DNA of 64,000 bases from an uncultured Fimbriimonadales bacterium (GTDB taxonomy: Bacteria > Armatimonadota > Fimbriimonadia > Fimbriimonadales > GBS-DC), in assembly GCA_937992175.1 (NCBI GenBank), contig CALKLF010000080.1:2936-66935 (forward strand). The letters run 5' to 3'. Shown here piece by piece: positions 1-10,483 of the stretch. How positions within the stretch are numbered: position 1 is the stretch's first letter; every line of letters begins with the position of its first letter. The position numbers and the translations under genes are program-made. The notes under the pieces are model-generated. The model had not been told where the DNA came from. It searched no databases and was given only the letters and a program-made list of their open reading frames with translations.

Positions 1-663
1 GGGCGCAAGAGCGACCATCGTCAGGTGATGCAGGCGTTGCAGCGCACGCTCAAGCGCGACCGCGCGCGGTTCCGTATTGGGCGCATCAGCTCGCTGGGGC
101 TGGTGGAGCTCACGCGCAAGCGCACGGGCGAATCGGTCACCGAGAGCCTCACCCGCCCATGCCCCACCTGCCACGGGCGCGGACGCATCCCCGCGCCCGA
201 CACGGTGAGCCTATGGATTGAACGCGATTTGGAAGCGCGCGCCCGCAAAGAGCAGGTGGAAGCCTACCTCATCGAGGCGCACCCCAGCGTCATCGAACAC
301 CTCGTCGGCGAGGACGGCGTGAACATCGACCTGCTGGAGCATAATCTGGAGGTGGGGCTGTTCGCCCGCGCCCGACCCGAACTGCCCATCGACGAGTACC
401 GCATCCAAAGCGGCGCACTGGAGACGCTCAAACGCCAACACTTGCCCTACAAACTGCTCCAAGTCGTGGAGTGCCAGCTGACCCCCTCCGCCATCGACGA
501 GGAGAGCAAAGTCGCCTTCACCAAAGACGGCTACCTCATCCTCTGGGAATCCGAGCCGCCCAAGCAAGCAATTAGCAAGGTCACCATCAGCGAGGTGCGC
601 CGCTCCTTCGCCTTCGCCGAGCCTGTGTATGAGGGCAAACTGAAGAAGGCGGAAGTGATGTAG
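1..663 (+). CDS. rng: Rne/Rng family ribonuclease, C-terminal part (runs off window start)
   Basis: ISSLGLVELTRKR and the Zn-link CPTCHGRG are typical of RNase E/G. Confidence 0.9.
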   Translation, partial: GRKSDHRQVMQALQRTLKRDRARFRIGRISSLGLVELTRKRTGESVTESLTRPCPTCHGRGRIPAPDTVSLWIERDLEARARKEQVEAYLIEAHPSVIEHLVGEDGVNIDLLEHNLEVGLFARARPELPIDEYRIQSGALETLKRQHLPYKLLQVVECQLTPSAIDEESKVAFTKDGYLILWESEPPKQAISKVTISEVRRSFAFAEPVYEGKLKKAEVM

Positions 664-665
664 AG

Positions 666-1004
666 CTATTGCTCCGCCAGCACCTGGGCGCAGTCGCTGC
701 ACTCCAGCCACTGCTCGCGGGGGAGTTGCTGCATCGCGTTGTGGGCGCGCCCCTTGCGAAACACAGGGCGATAGAGCGTCTCGCCTGCCCCAAAATGGCG
801 ATGACAAGTGTGGCACTCGGCGTCGCTCTCCACCGAGACCGGCACAAAGCCCGCCACAATCCAACCCTCGTGCCCCAAGTGCGCCGCCAGCGACTCGACC
901 GCCGCACGCACCGCCTGCGACTTGTTGCCGTGATAGTATTGGTCGGCAATCCGATTCAGCAAGCGGATTGTCTCTTCATCTAAAGTGAAGTTCAGCCGTT
1001 TCAT
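666..1004 (-). CDS. Ribbon-helix-helix (CopG-like) protein with C-terminal CxxC...CxxC zinc-binding domain
   Basis: MKRLNFTLDEETIRLL...GNKSQAVRAAV RHH pattern; CHTC and CSDC; TGCTATAAT ends 7 nt before ATG. Confidence 0.7.
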   Translation of the reverse strand: MKRLNFTLDEETIRLLNRIADQYYHGNKSQAVRAAVESLAAHLGHEGWIVAGFVPVSVESDAECHTCHRHFGAGETLYRPVFRKGRAHNAMQQLPREQWLECSDCAQVLAEQ

Positions 1005-1059
1005 CGTGTGTATTATAGCACATACCCCTTGCGAAAATTAATCGGCGCGCCGATAATCC

Positions 1060-1827
1060 ATGTTGATGTTGGCGATTGAAGTGCGCGAGTTGGTGGTGTC
1101 GTATCGGCGTTGGTTCAAGCCGCCCTTCCGCGCCGTGAACCGTCTCAGTTTCGAGGTGCAGGAGGGCGAGATTGTGGGGTTTCTGGGCGCGAACGGCGCA
1201 GGCAAGACCAGCACGATTAAGACGCTGATGGGCTTCCAGCCGCCGAGCGGGGGCGTTGTGCGTATCTTCGGGATGGACGCGACGGACGCCCGCGCCCGTC
1301 AACTGGTGGGGTTCCTGCCCGAAACCGCGCTCTATTCGCCTTACCTCACGCCTTACGAGACGCTGCGCCTCTACGGCGAACTGCACGGATTGCGCAAACA
1401 CGCGCTCCACGCGCAAATCGAAGCGCTGCTGGAGGCTGTGAACCTCGCCCACAAGATGCACACGCTCAACAAGAACCTCTCGAAGGGGATGTTGCAGCGC
1501 GTCGGGATTGCCCAAGCCCTGCTGGGCGACCCGAAACTGCTAATCCTGGACGAGGTCTCGTCGGGCTTAGACCCCATCGGCAAGCGTGAACTGCGCGACC
1601 TGCTGGCGAGCCAACGCGCGCGCGGCGCGACCATCTTCTTCTCCTCGCACGAACTGGCGGAAGTGGCGTCCATCTGCGACCGAATCCTAATCATCCATCA
1701 AGGCGTGCTGATTGCGCAACATCGGCTGAGCGACCTCGCAGGGCGCGTGGACTCGCTGGAAGACTACTTCATCCGCACGGTGCAAGCAGGGCGCGACATC
1801 CTCGACACGGAGGTACACGCCGCATGA
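1060..1827 (+). CDS. ABC transporter ATP-binding protein
   Basis: Walker A GANGAGKT, signature LSKGM, Walker B LILDE, H-loop SSH. Confidence 0.95.
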   Translation: MLMLAIEVRELVVSYRRWFKPPFRAVNRLSFEVQEGEIVGFLGANGAGKTSTIKTLMGFQPPSGGVVRIFGMDATDARARQLVGFLPETALYSPYLTPYETLRLYGELHGLRKHALHAQIEALLEAVNLAHKMHTLNKNLSKGMLQRVGIAQALLGDPKLLILDEVSSGLDPIGKRELRDLLASQRARGATIFFSSHELAEVASICDRILIIHQGVLIAQHRLSDLAGRVDSLEDYFIRTVQAGRDILDTEVHAA

Positions 1828-2606
1828 CACGCACATTCCAAATCACTCGGGCGCTAATGACGGCGGGACTGCTGGAGACCATCCGCCGCAAGGATTTGTA
1901 TGTAGTGCTGATACTAACCGTGCTGTTGGTGCTGGGCGCGTCGGCGTTCCGCGTGTTCGGCGTGCAGGGACTGGAGATTTTCGTGAAGGATGTGGCGTTC
2001 ACCGCGATTGGCGTGATGACCACCATCCTCACCGTACTTATCGCGGCGCGTCAGATTCCTGAGGAGATGCAGCGGCGCACCATCTACCCACTGATGGCGC
2101 GCCCCATCACGCGCGGGCAACTGCTGCTGGGCAAGTGGGCGACGGCGTACTTCACCGCGAGTCTGTGCTTCTTGCTGCTGACGCTGGCAACGCTGGGGCT
2201 ACTCATCGCGCTGGGCGTCCCTGTGAAGCCGATATTTATGCAATATGTGCTGCTCAAACTCATCGGGATTGGCTGGCTCTGTGCGATGGTGGTCGCCCTC
2301 TCGCTGTACCTCACGCCCGCCGCGAATGTCACCCTGACGCTCATCTTGGCGTTCGGTTCAGGCGTGTTCAATCGCCTGCTGCTGATGGCGCACTGGGAAC
2401 ATGGATTGAACGCGCTATGGCTGAACCTGCTATATGGCGCTCTACCCCACTATGACTATTTCGACATGAGCAAGAAGGTCGTGTTCGATTGGGACTTAGC
2501 GCCGTGGTGGGTGCTGGGCGCGCTGGCGGGCTATGCGCTGCTCAGCGGCGCGGCGTGGCTGCTCATCGGCTGGCTCAAGTTCCGCAAGCAAACGATAGGT
2601 TCGTAG
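1824..2606 (+). CDS. ABC-2 type transporter permease
   Basis: Multiple TM helices, RTIYPLMARPITRGQLLLGK motif, ATGA overlap with the ATPase gene. Confidence 0.9.
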   Translation: MTRTFQITRALMTAGLLETIRRKDLYVVLILTVLLVLGASAFRVFGVQGLEIFVKDVAFTAIGVMTTILTVLIAARQIPEEMQRRTIYPLMARPITRGQLLLGKWATAYFTASLCFLLLTLATLGLLIALGVPVKPIFMQYVLLKLIGIGWLCAMVVALSLYLTPAANVTLTLILAFGSGVFNRLLLMAHWEHGLNALWLNLLYGALPHYDYFDMSKKVVFDWDLAPWWVLGALAGYALLSGAAWLLIGWLKFRKQTIGS

Positions 2607-2648
2607 CCGCGCGAGACTCACCGAATGGACGCAGTGATAGCTCTTCGC

Positions 2649-3602
2649 CTACCTCCCGTGCGCCGCTTGGGCTTGGGCAATCAGCGTGCGCGGCGGGATG
2701 AACTCCACATCTTCCTCCAGCACTTTGAGCGTTTCGACAGTTGCGTTGGGAGCGTACTCCAGCAGTTTGCCGACAATCGCTTCGGTGGAGCGTTCGGGGG
2801 TGGACGCGCCGCTGGTAACGCCGATGACACGCGCCTGCTGCACCCACTCGGGACGCGCCTCCTCTGGCTCCAGCAGCAGGTAGGCGGGCACGCCCTGCGC
2901 CTCGGCGACCTCGCGTAGGCGGTTCGAGTTGCTACTTGTGCGGCTGCCTACCACCAGCACCAGGTCGCTCTGCTGCGCAAGCGCTTTCACGGCGGTCTGG
3001 CGGTTCGTGGTCGCGTAGCAGATGTCCTCTTTTTTCGGCTGTTCCAAGTGGGGGAAGCGTCGGCGCAAGACGCTTAGGATTTGGTTCACCTCGTCGACGC
3101 TGAGCGTGGTTTGCGTGGCGACGGCGAGCGGGACGCCTGTCGGGGGCTGCACGGTTTCCGCCTCTTCGAGGTTATCGATGAGCGTGATTTGGTTGGGCGC
3201 GTGTCCCATACTGCCGATGGCTTCCACATGCCCCCGATGCCCGATGTAGAGGATATGATAGCCCTGCCGTGCGAAGCGCGTGATTTCGCGATGCACCTTG
3301 CTCACCAGTGGGCAAGTCGCGTCGATGACATTTAGGCGTCGCGCCCTTGCCCGCTCGCGCACGGCGGGAGAGACCCCATGCGCGCTGAAGACCACATTCG
3401 CGCCCTCAGGCACATCGTCTAAGTCCTCCACGAAAATCACGCCGCGCCGTTCGAACGCGCGCACCACATGCTCGTTATGCACAATCGCGTGGCGCACATA
3501 GAGCGGCGCGCCGAACGCCTCCAGCGCGAGATCGACCACTTCTATCGCATACGCGACGCCTGCGCAAAAGCCGCGCGGCGCTGCCAGTAGCACCTTCTCC
3601 AT
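2649..3602 (-). CDS. ispH: 4-hydroxy-3-methylbut-2-enyl diphosphate reductase
   Basis: PRGFCAGV, SAHGV, DATCPLV, ICYATTNRQ, SSNS motifs. Confidence 0.97.
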   Translation of the reverse strand: MEKVLLAAPRGFCAGVAYAIEVVDLALEAFGAPLYVRHAIVHNEHVVRAFERRGVIFVEDLDDVPEGANVVFSAHGVSPAVRERARARRLNVIDATCPLVSKVHREITRFARQGYHILYIGHRGHVEAIGSMGHAPNQITLIDNLEEAETVQPPTGVPLAVATQTTLSVDEVNQILSVLRRRFPHLEQPKKEDICYATTNRQTAVKALAQQSDLVLVVGSRTSSNSNRLREVAEAQGVPAYLLLEPEEARPEWVQQARVIGVTSGASTPERSTEAIVGKLLEYAPNATVETLKVLEEDVEFIPPRTLIAQAQAAHGR

Positions 3603-3694
3603 CGCCCTAAGTGTACCCTGTATCAGATTTCGCACTTTTCACAGGCGTCTCGTTGCGAAAATGGTGTATAATAGACGCTGGAAAGGAGCCGACT

Positions 3695-5239
3695 ATGCGA
3701 ACGATAGCACTCGTAGGGCTGAGCCTCTGCATCGGAGTTAGTTGGGCGCAGTTGCAGCCGAACGCGCCGTGGCCTGCTTTAGGCAAGGATTACCAGAACA
3801 CACGCCGCGCCACGCACGGCGCGCCGACGAACGGCAGCGTTCGCTGGACTTACGACGGCGGCAGTCGCTCTTACTCTTCACCAGTGGCGGCGGCGGACGG
3901 AACCATCTACTTCGGGGCGACCAACGGCGTCCACGCCGTGCGCCCGAACGGGCAGCGACGCTGGCTTTGGAGCGCAGGCTACTCCGCCGCCAACAGCACG
4001 CCCGCGATTGGCGCGGACGGCACGGTCTATGCGTTAGTTAACCCCGGCGACGCGATTCTGGTTGCTCTGAACCCAGCGAACGGCACGCTCCTGTGGAGCT
4101 TTTATCTCGGCGGCGCGGAAGTGCGCTCCTCGCCTGCCATCGGACCCGACGGGCGAATCTATGTGACGAACGGGCAAATCCCTGGCGGCTACCTCTACTG
4201 CATCAACCCTGACGGCACGCTCGCGTGGCGGCTCTATCTGGACACGGAGGCGAACAGCACGCCCTGCTTTGGCGCGGACGGCGCGATTTATGTCGGCTCG
4301 GCGCGCCACCTCAACGCCATCAACCCCAACGGAACCTTCCGCTGGCGGTTCCCAGTGTTCTACCCCGTGCAAGGTACGGTGGGGATTGCAGGCAACCGCA
4401 TCTTTTTCGGCGCATGGGACGGGATGTTCCGTTCGGTAAGCACAGCAGGCGCACAACAGTGGATGGTTCCTGTGAACGCAGTAGTTGAGTCGGGCGTTGC
4501 CATCACGAACGATCGTGTTTATATGACTCACTCTGGCGACGAGCTGCGTGCCTACTTACACACGGGTTCGCTCCTATGGCGTCATCGGGCTGCCTATCGA
4601 GGCAGCACGCCTGCTGTGGGTGCAGACGGCGTGGTCTATGCGGTAGGGGGTAATGGAGGCACCGTCTACGCGCTTGCGCCCTCCAGTGGATTGGTGCGTT
4701 GGCAGGCAAGTATCGGCACAGCAAACTGGTACGCCTCGCCCGCGATTGGCGGCGACGGCACGGTCTATGTGGTCAACGGCGATGGACGCCTGACTGCCTT
4801 CGGACCGCTGGGCGGCTTCCTGTGGGCGGGCGGCGATGTCGACGGCTGGAACGGCGACTATGAAGGGCACAGCGCGATTGTGCAGTTCTACCAATATGGC
4901 GAACTCAAATACGAAATGGTCGCGCCCCTGAACGCCGACGGCACTTTTGAGCTGCATGAGACGCCTGTCGGCGAACACGATATCCGAATCCGCATCCACA
5001 ACTCCCTGTTCGGGCGCGTGCCGAATGTGCCTCTCGAAGTCGACCAGACTGCGCAGGTTCAGGTACACTTGCTCAACGGTGATGTGGACGGCAATAACAT
5101 GGTCGACGACGCTGACCTCCTCTATGTCCTGCTCAACTTCGGTCGCCACGCGCCCGATTACGACCTGAACGGCGACGACTTTATCGACGACTCCGACCTG
5201 CTCGTTGTGCTGTTCAACTTCGGCGCGATAGGCGAGTAA
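3695..5239 (+). CDS. Secreted PQQ-like beta-propeller repeat protein with C-terminal dockerin/EF-hand-like module
   Basis: AAGGAG RBS, signal peptide, repeated SSPAIGxDGTxY...LRW blades, C-terminal GDVDGNNMVDDADLL / DLNGDDFIDDSDLL. Confidence 0.85.
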   Translation: MRTIALVGLSLCIGVSWAQLQPNAPWPALGKDYQNTRRATHGAPTNGSVRWTYDGGSRSYSSPVAAADGTIYFGATNGVHAVRPNGQRRWLWSAGYSAANSTPAIGADGTVYALVNPGDAILVALNPANGTLLWSFYLGGAEVRSSPAIGPDGRIYVTNGQIPGGYLYCINPDGTLAWRLYLDTEANSTPCFGADGAIYVGSARHLNAINPNGTFRWRFPVFYPVQGTVGIAGNRIFFGAWDGMFRSVSTAGAQQWMVPVNAVVESGVAITNDRVYMTHSGDELRAYLHTGSLLWRHRAAYRGSTPAVGADGVVYAVGGNGGTVYALAPSSGLVRWQASIGTANWYASPAIGGDGTVYVVNGDGRLTAFGPLGGFLWAGGDVDGWNGDYEGHSAIVQFYQYGELKYEMVAPLNADGTFELHETPVGEHDIRIRIHNSLFGRVPNVPLEVDQTAQVQVHLLNGDVDGNNMVDDADLLYVLLNFGRHAPDYDLNGDDFIDDSDLLVVLFNFGAIGE

Positions 5240-5260
5240 ACCAGTAAGCGGGTTCGAGTG

Positions 5261-5337
5261 GAGATTCCTCGCTTCGCTCGGGATGACAGAGGGTTTAGGC
5301 TCCTACAACCTTATCATTCTGAGCGCAGCGAGGAATC
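5261..5337. repeat. Palindromic repeat family A (GAGATTCCTCGCTTCGCTCGGAATGACA plus inverted copy)
   Basis: Inverted pair; related copies at 12065-12092, 12159-12237, 31568-31628, 49671-49694, 50896-50921, 59455-59515. Confidence 0.85.
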
Positions 5338-5396
5338 GGCTTTTTCTGGCAGGGAAACCAACGCCCGCAGCGAATCCCCCTACGGAGGTTTACCCT

Positions 5397-6371
5397 ATGC
5401 CCATTCGCATCGGCTTTGTCGGTACAGGAGGGATTGCACAGGCGCATTTTGACGCGCTGAGCCAGATTGAGGACGCCCTGCCCGTTGCGTTCTGTGATAT
5501 CGAGGCGGAACGCGCGGAGCGCGCCGCACAGCGTTTCAACGGACGCGCCTACACCAACTGGCGTGAGATGCTGGATAAAGAGACGCTCGACGCGCTCTAT
5601 ATCTGCGTGCCGCCACATGGGCACGACGGCGCGGAGGAAGCCGCCGCTGAGCGCGGGATTCACCTGTTTGTCGAAAAGCCCGTCGCCCGCACGCTGGAGC
5701 GGGCTAAGCGTATAGAGGCGGCTATCCAGAAAGCGGGCATTCTCAGCATGGTCGGCTACCACTTCCGCTACTACGGCGCAACAGAGCGTGCGACAGAGCG
5801 ATTGCAGGGGCTGCCCGTGCTGATGGTCAAGGGCGCGTGGGAGGGCGGGATGCCAAGCGTGCCTTGGTGGCGCAGACATGAACTTTCGGGCGGGCAACTG
5901 GTGGAGCAAACCACGCATATCTTTGACCTGGCGCGCCATCTGGTAGGCGAAATCGTGGAAGTGTTCGCCTATAGCCTCAACCGCCCTGAACTGCTGCACT
6001 ACCCCGACGGCGATGTGAATGTGAGCGATGTGGTGTGCTTGAAGTTCGAAAACGGCGCGGTCGGCGTGATTACCGACACGAACGGCTTGCACGCTCCTGG
6101 CGAGGTCGGGCTGAAAGTCTACACCCCCGAGCGCGTGGTGGAAGTCTCGTGGGGACGCATGACCGAGAGCGAGCCGAACCGCAAAGAAGAGTTCTTTTCG
6201 CGCGATAACCCGTATCTGCGCGAGTCGCAAGCGTTTCTGGAAGCGATTCGCACTGGGAACCGTAGCCTCATCCGTGCCGACTACAGCGAGGGCGTGAAGA
6301 CGCTGGCGATGACTTTGGCGGCGGACGAATCGGGGCGTAGGGGCATGCCTATACCCGTCGCCCGTGATTAG
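5397..6371 (+). CDS. Gfo/Idh/MocA family oxidoreductase
   Basis: [11 protein letters not shown]ossmann motif, VEKP motif, GGAGG RBS. Confidence 0.9.
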   Translation: MPIRIGFVGTGGIAQAHFDALSQIEDALPVAFCDIEAERAERAAQRFNGRAYTNWREMLDKETLDALYICVPPHGHDGAEEAAAERGIHLFVEKPVARTLERAKRIEAAIQKAGILSMVGYHFRYYGATERATERLQGLPVLMVKGAWEGGMPSVPWWRRHELSGGQLVEQTTHIFDLARHLVGEIVEVFAYSLNRPELLHYPDGDVNVSDVVCLKFENGAVGVITDTNGLHAPGEVGLKVYTPERVVEVSWGRMTESEPNRKEEFFSRDNPYLRESQAFLEAIRTGNRSLIRADYSEGVKTLAMTLAADESGRRGMPIPVARD

Positions 6372-6406
6372 AACCGCCGACAGGTATAATCACGCGGGAG
6401 GCAGGT

Positions 6407-7990
6407 TTGGAGACTCCGCGAGTTGCGGTTATCGGACACGGCTACTGGGGCAAGAATCTGGCGCGGAACTTTTTTCAACTGGGCGCGCTCGGGGCGGTCT
6501 GTGACGCGGACGCCTCGCGCGCATCTGCTGTTGCGGAGCAATACCCCGGCGTAACTTTTGTCTCCGACTCCGAAGCACTGCTCCGGCACGCCGATATTGA
6601 CGCCGTTGCCATCGCCACCCCCGCCGCAACTCATTATGAAATGGTCAAACAGGCGTTGCGGGCGGGCAAAGATGTCTTTGTGGAGAAGCCGCTCGCCCTC
6701 GCCACAGCGCAGGGCGCGGAGCTGGTACGTATGGCGCGGGAGCAGCGGCGTATCCTGATGGTGGGGCATCTGCTGCGCTATCACCCTGCCGTAACGCAGC
6801 TCAAACGTCTCATTGACGGCGGCGCACTCGGCAAACTTTATTATCTCTACTCGAATCGTCTTAACTTAGGGCGGTTTCGCACGGAAGAAAACATCCTCTG
6901 GAGCTTCGCGCCCCACGATGTCTCCGTGATGCTTTATCTGTTGAACGAAATGCCAGAGCGCGTCGCGGCGCACGGCGGCAACTATCTGCATACCCAGATT
7001 GCCGACACCACGATTACCGTGCTTGCCTTCCCCAGCGGTGTGCAGGGGCATATCTTCGTGAGCTGGCTTCACCCTTACAAAGAGCATCGGCTCGTGGTAG
7101 TTGGCAGCGAGGGTATGGCAATTTTCGCGGACACGGAGCTGGAACACAAGCTCCGCATCTTGCGTCAGCCTGTAGAGTGGCGCGAGCGTATGCCGGTACC
7201 GCGCCTGACCGAAGCGCAACCCGTGTCGTTTGAAGCCGTAGAGCCGTTGCGCGTGGAGTGTCAGCACTTTCTGGAATGCCTCGCGACGCGACGCACGCCC
7301 GAAACCGACGGCGAGGAGGCGCTGCGCGTGCTGCAGGTGCTGGAAGCGTGCCAGCAATCGCTCAACCAAAACGGCGAACCCATCGCGATTGCGCCTGCCC
7401 CAAAGCCCGCCTACTTCGCCCACGAAACCGCCGTAATCGACCAGCCGTGCGAAATCGGCGAAGGCACGCGTATCTGGCACTTCTCCCATGTGATGCAAAA
7501 CGCCCGCATCGGCAAAAACTGCAACATTGGGCAGAATGTGTTCGTCGCGTCGGGCGTGGTGGTGGGCGATAATGTGAAAATCCAAAACAATGTCTCGCTC
7601 TACACGGGCGTCGTGCTGGAGGACGATGTGTTCTGCGGACCGAGCATGGTATTTACGAATGTAATCAACCCGCGCAGCCACATCTCGCGCAAGGCGGAAT
7701 ACAAGCCGACGCTGGTCAAGCGCGGCGCGACGCTGGGCGCGAACTGCACCATCGTCTGCGGAACCACCATTGGACGTTATGCGTTTGTCGGCGCGGGCGC
7801 GGTGGTCACTCGCGATGTGCCCGACTATGCGCTCGTGACAGGCGTGCCTGCCCGGATTACGGGCTGGATGTGTCAGTGCGGCGTCCGACTCCATTTCAAG
7901 CCGCGCGAGGATGCTGAATACGCCACATGCACCCACTGCGGCGCGTACTACCGCAAAGAGGGCGAAAACGTGCAGGAGGTTTCCAAATGA
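6407..7990 (+). CDS. Fused Gfo/Idh/MocA NDP-sugar dehydrogenase (WbpB/WlbA-like) and hexapeptide N-acetyltransferase (WbpD/WlbB-like)
   Basis: N-terminal GHGYWGKN and VEKPL; C-terminal IWHFSHV...NVKIQNNVS...[14 protein letters not shown]...CQCG. Confidence 0.88.
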   Translation: METPRVAVIGHGYWGKNLARNFFQLGALGAVCDADASRASAVAEQYPGVTFVSDSEALLRHADIDAVAIATPAATHYEMVKQALRAGKDVFVEKPLALATAQGAELVRMAREQRRILMVGHLLRYHPAVTQLKRLIDGGALGKLYYLYSNRLNLGRFRTEENILWSFAPHDVSVMLYLLNEMPERVAAHGGNYLHTQIADTTITVLAFPSGVQGHIFVSWLHPYKEHRLVVVGSEGMAIFADTELEHKLRILRQPVEWRERMPVPRLTEAQPVSFEAVEPLRVECQHFLECLATRRTPETDGEEALRVLQVLEACQQSLNQNGEPIAIAPAPKPAYFAHETAVIDQPCEIGEGTRIWHFSHVMQNARIGKNCNIGQNVFVASGVVVGDNVKIQNNVSLYTGVVLEDDVFCGPSMVFTNVINPRSHISRKAEYKPTLVKRGATLGANCTIVCGTTIGRYAFVGAGAVVTRDVPDYALVTGVPARITGWMCQCGVRLHFKPREDAEYATCTHCGAYYRKEGENVQEVSK

Positions 7991-9111
7991 ATCGCATCCC
8001 CCTACTGGACCTGAAAGCCGAGATTGAACTGCTCTGGGATGAACTGAACCGCGCGATTCAGGAGGTGCTGCGCAACGGCGTGTTTATTATGGGCCCGAAT
8101 GTGAAGGCGCTGGAGCAGGAGGTTGCTGGCTATTTAGGCGTCCGGCACGCTGTCGCGCTCAATTCGGGTACCGACGCGCTGGTTTTAGGCGTCCACGCAC
8201 TGGGAATCCAGCCCGGCGACGAGGTGATTACCACCCCGTTCACCTTCTTCGCAACCGCCGAAGCTATCAACCACTTCAAAGCGACGCCCGTTTTTGTCGA
8301 TATCGACCCGCGTACCTTCAACCTCGATGCGGAGCAGATTCGCGCGAAAATCACCCCCCGCACAAAGGCGATTATCCCTGTCCACCTCTACGGACACGCC
8401 GCCGATATGGATCCGATTATGGAGATTGCGCGTGAGTATGGCTTGAAGGTGCTGGAAGATGTCGCGCAGGCGTTTGGTGGCGAATATAAAGGGCGCAAGT
8501 TAGGCGCGATAGGCGACGCAGGTGCGCTCTCGTTTTTCCCCTCTAAGAACTTAGGCGCGTTCGGCGACGGCGGGATGCTGGTCACCAACGACGACGATGT
8601 GGCTGAGACCGTGCAGATGCTGCGCGTGCATGGGGCGCGTAAGAAATACTTCAACGAGCGCGTGGGGGTCAACTCGCGCCTGGACGAGATTCAGGCGGCG
8701 ATTCTGCGCGTGAAGTTCCGCTACTTAGACGAGTGGAACCGCAAGCGGCGTGCGGCGGCGGCGCGCTATAACGAACTCCTGCGCGACATTCCTGCCCTCG
8801 AGACGCCCTACGAAGCGCCCTACGCGTATCATGTGTATCACCAGTACACGATCCGCGTGCGAGGCGACCGACGCGACTGGCTGCAGGCGCAGCTGAAAGA
8901 GGCAGGAATCGATACTTTCGTTTACTACCCCGTGCCGTTGCACCTGCTGCCGATTTACCGCGAGATGGGGTTGAGTCTGCCCGAAGCGGAACGGGCGTCG
9001 CGCGAGGTGTTGAGCTTGCCGATGGGGCCAATGTTGACCAAGGAAAGCCAGTACGAAGTGGCGCGAAGTATTCGTCGCCTGCGAGAATCGGGGCGCGATG
9101 AGCCGAGTTAG
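7987..9111 (+). CDS. DegT/DnrJ/EryC1/StrS aminotransferase (WbpE/WlbC-like)
   Basis: [38 protein letters not shown]. Confidence 0.95.
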   Translation: MNRIPLLDLKAEIELLWDELNRAIQEVLRNGVFIMGPNVKALEQEVAGYLGVRHAVALNSGTDALVLGVHALGIQPGDEVITTPFTFFATAEAINHFKATPVFVDIDPRTFNLDAEQIRAKITPRTKAIIPVHLYGHAADMDPIMEIAREYGLKVLEDVAQAFGGEYKGRKLGAIGDAGALSFFPSKNLGAFGDGGMLVTNDDDVAETVQMLRVHGARKKYFNERVGVNSRLDEIQAAILRVKFRYLDEWNRKRRAAAARYNELLRDIPALETPYEAPYAYHVYHQYTIRVRGDRRDWLQAQLKEAGIDTFVYYPVPLHLLPIYREMGLSLPEAERASREVLSLPMGPMLTKESQYEVARSIRRLRESGRDEPS

Positions 9112-10483
9112 CTTTGGCAGCGGTTTCTGGTTTCTCTTCTCAGGCGCAGCGGCATCCCAGGCGATACTGGTCCTCATCGCGCCTGTAATCACTCGCTTGT
9201 ATAGTCCTGCAGCGTTGGGTGAGCAAGCAATCTTCGTGGCGACTGTATCGGTGCTGACCGTGTTCGCCACAGGACGCTATGAACTGGCAATCCCTTTGCC
9301 CGCGCAGCAACGCGAGGCTACTGCGGTGATGATGTTTGGCGTTGGGCTGTGCCTGATTGTGGCGGTCGCTGCGGCGATTATCTCCGCATCGTTTCATGGC
9401 GTGATTCGGGAAGTTTTCGGGGTAAGCAGCGTGACCCTCTGGTTGTTGCCTGCAGCGGTCTTGCTCTCGGGGCTAGTGCAATTAGCCTATCAGTGGCGGC
9501 TTCGGCAGCGCGCCTATCAGCGCTGTTCCAGCTCGCGCCTCGCCTACTCGTCTACGATGGCGGTCGGGCAGTTGACGGGTTTTCCCTGGGGGGTCGCTGC
9601 GCTTCAAGCCTCAGTTGTTCTTGGGTTCGCCGCGCAGCTACTCACACTGGCGGTGCAACGCGGGATTCAGCTTGGGGAGCTTGCATTGCAGACGATTATG
9701 CAAGCAGGGCGTCGATATCGCCACTTCGCCCTGTTCTCCACATGGTCGGTTCTCTTGCAAACGCTCAGTCTGCAGATACCTGTCTTTTTACTCAGTGGCT
9801 CTTTTGAGCTGGCGATTGCGGGGAACTTTGCGTTAGCGCTGCGCGTGCTACAAACCCCGACCCACTTGCTGGGCGCTGCTCTGGGGCAGACTTTTCTGGC
9901 AGAGGCGGCGCGTCAGCGGGAGCAGCTGCCCGAAATGACGCGCGTGTTGTATCGGCGTCTGACGGCGATTGCAGTTCCTGTGGCACTTATCGGCGCAGCG
10001 CTGAGCGGGGTGCTGTTTCCCCTCCTTTTCGGGCAGGAGTGGCGTCCCGCGGGTGTCATGGCGCAGTGGATGGCAGTGTGGTTGGCTTCGGTGCTGATCG
10101 GGACGCCACTGAGCGAGGTGATTACCCTCCTGGAACAACCGTGGCGGGGGCTGCTCTTTAATGCAACGCTTTTGCTCACACGCGCGACAGGACTGATCCT
10201 CGGGATCTGGCAGGACGACTGGCTGCTGGGCGTCGCGCTGATGGCGATACTCAGCACGATATGCTGGTGGGGGTTGATTATCTGGTGTCTGAACGCGGCG
10301 GGAAACCCGATGAGGGTTCTTATGGAGCCAGCGCGCAGTGCCGGATGGTGGCTCGCCCTTCTGGGGCTGGCGTTAGGCGTTGCTCACCTGAGCAGCTGGC
10401 TCCAGGCGGTCAGTGGTGTTTTGCTTACACTCACCATGCTGGGTTACACAGTCCGAGTGATTAGACGGGAGGCGTTGCCCTGA
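9098..10483 (+). CDS. Wzx-like oligosaccharide flippase
   Basis: About 12 TM segments, PVITRLYSP...GRYELAIPLP motif, context in the glycan locus. Confidence 0.85.
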   Translation: MSRVSFGSGFWFLFSGAAASQAILVLIAPVITRLYSPAALGEQAIFVATVSVLTVFATGRYELAIPLPAQQREATAVMMFGVGLCLIVAVAAAIISASFHGVIREVFGVSSVTLWLLPAAVLLSGLVQLAYQWRLRQRAYQRCSSSRLAYSSTMAVGQLTGFPWGVAALQASVVLGFAAQLLTLAVQRGIQLGELALQTIMQAGRRYRHFALFSTWSVLLQTLSLQIPVFLLSGSFELAIAGNFALALRVLQTPTHLLGAALGQTFLAEAARQREQLPEMTRVLYRRLTAIAVPVALIGAALSGVLFPLLFGQEWRPAGVMAQWMAVWLASVLIGTPLSEVITLLEQPWRGLLFNATLLLTRATGLILGIWQDDWLLGVALMAILSTICWWGLIIWCLNAAGNPMRVLMEPARSAGWWLALLGLALGVAHLSSWLQAVSGVLLTLTMLGYTVRVIRREALP

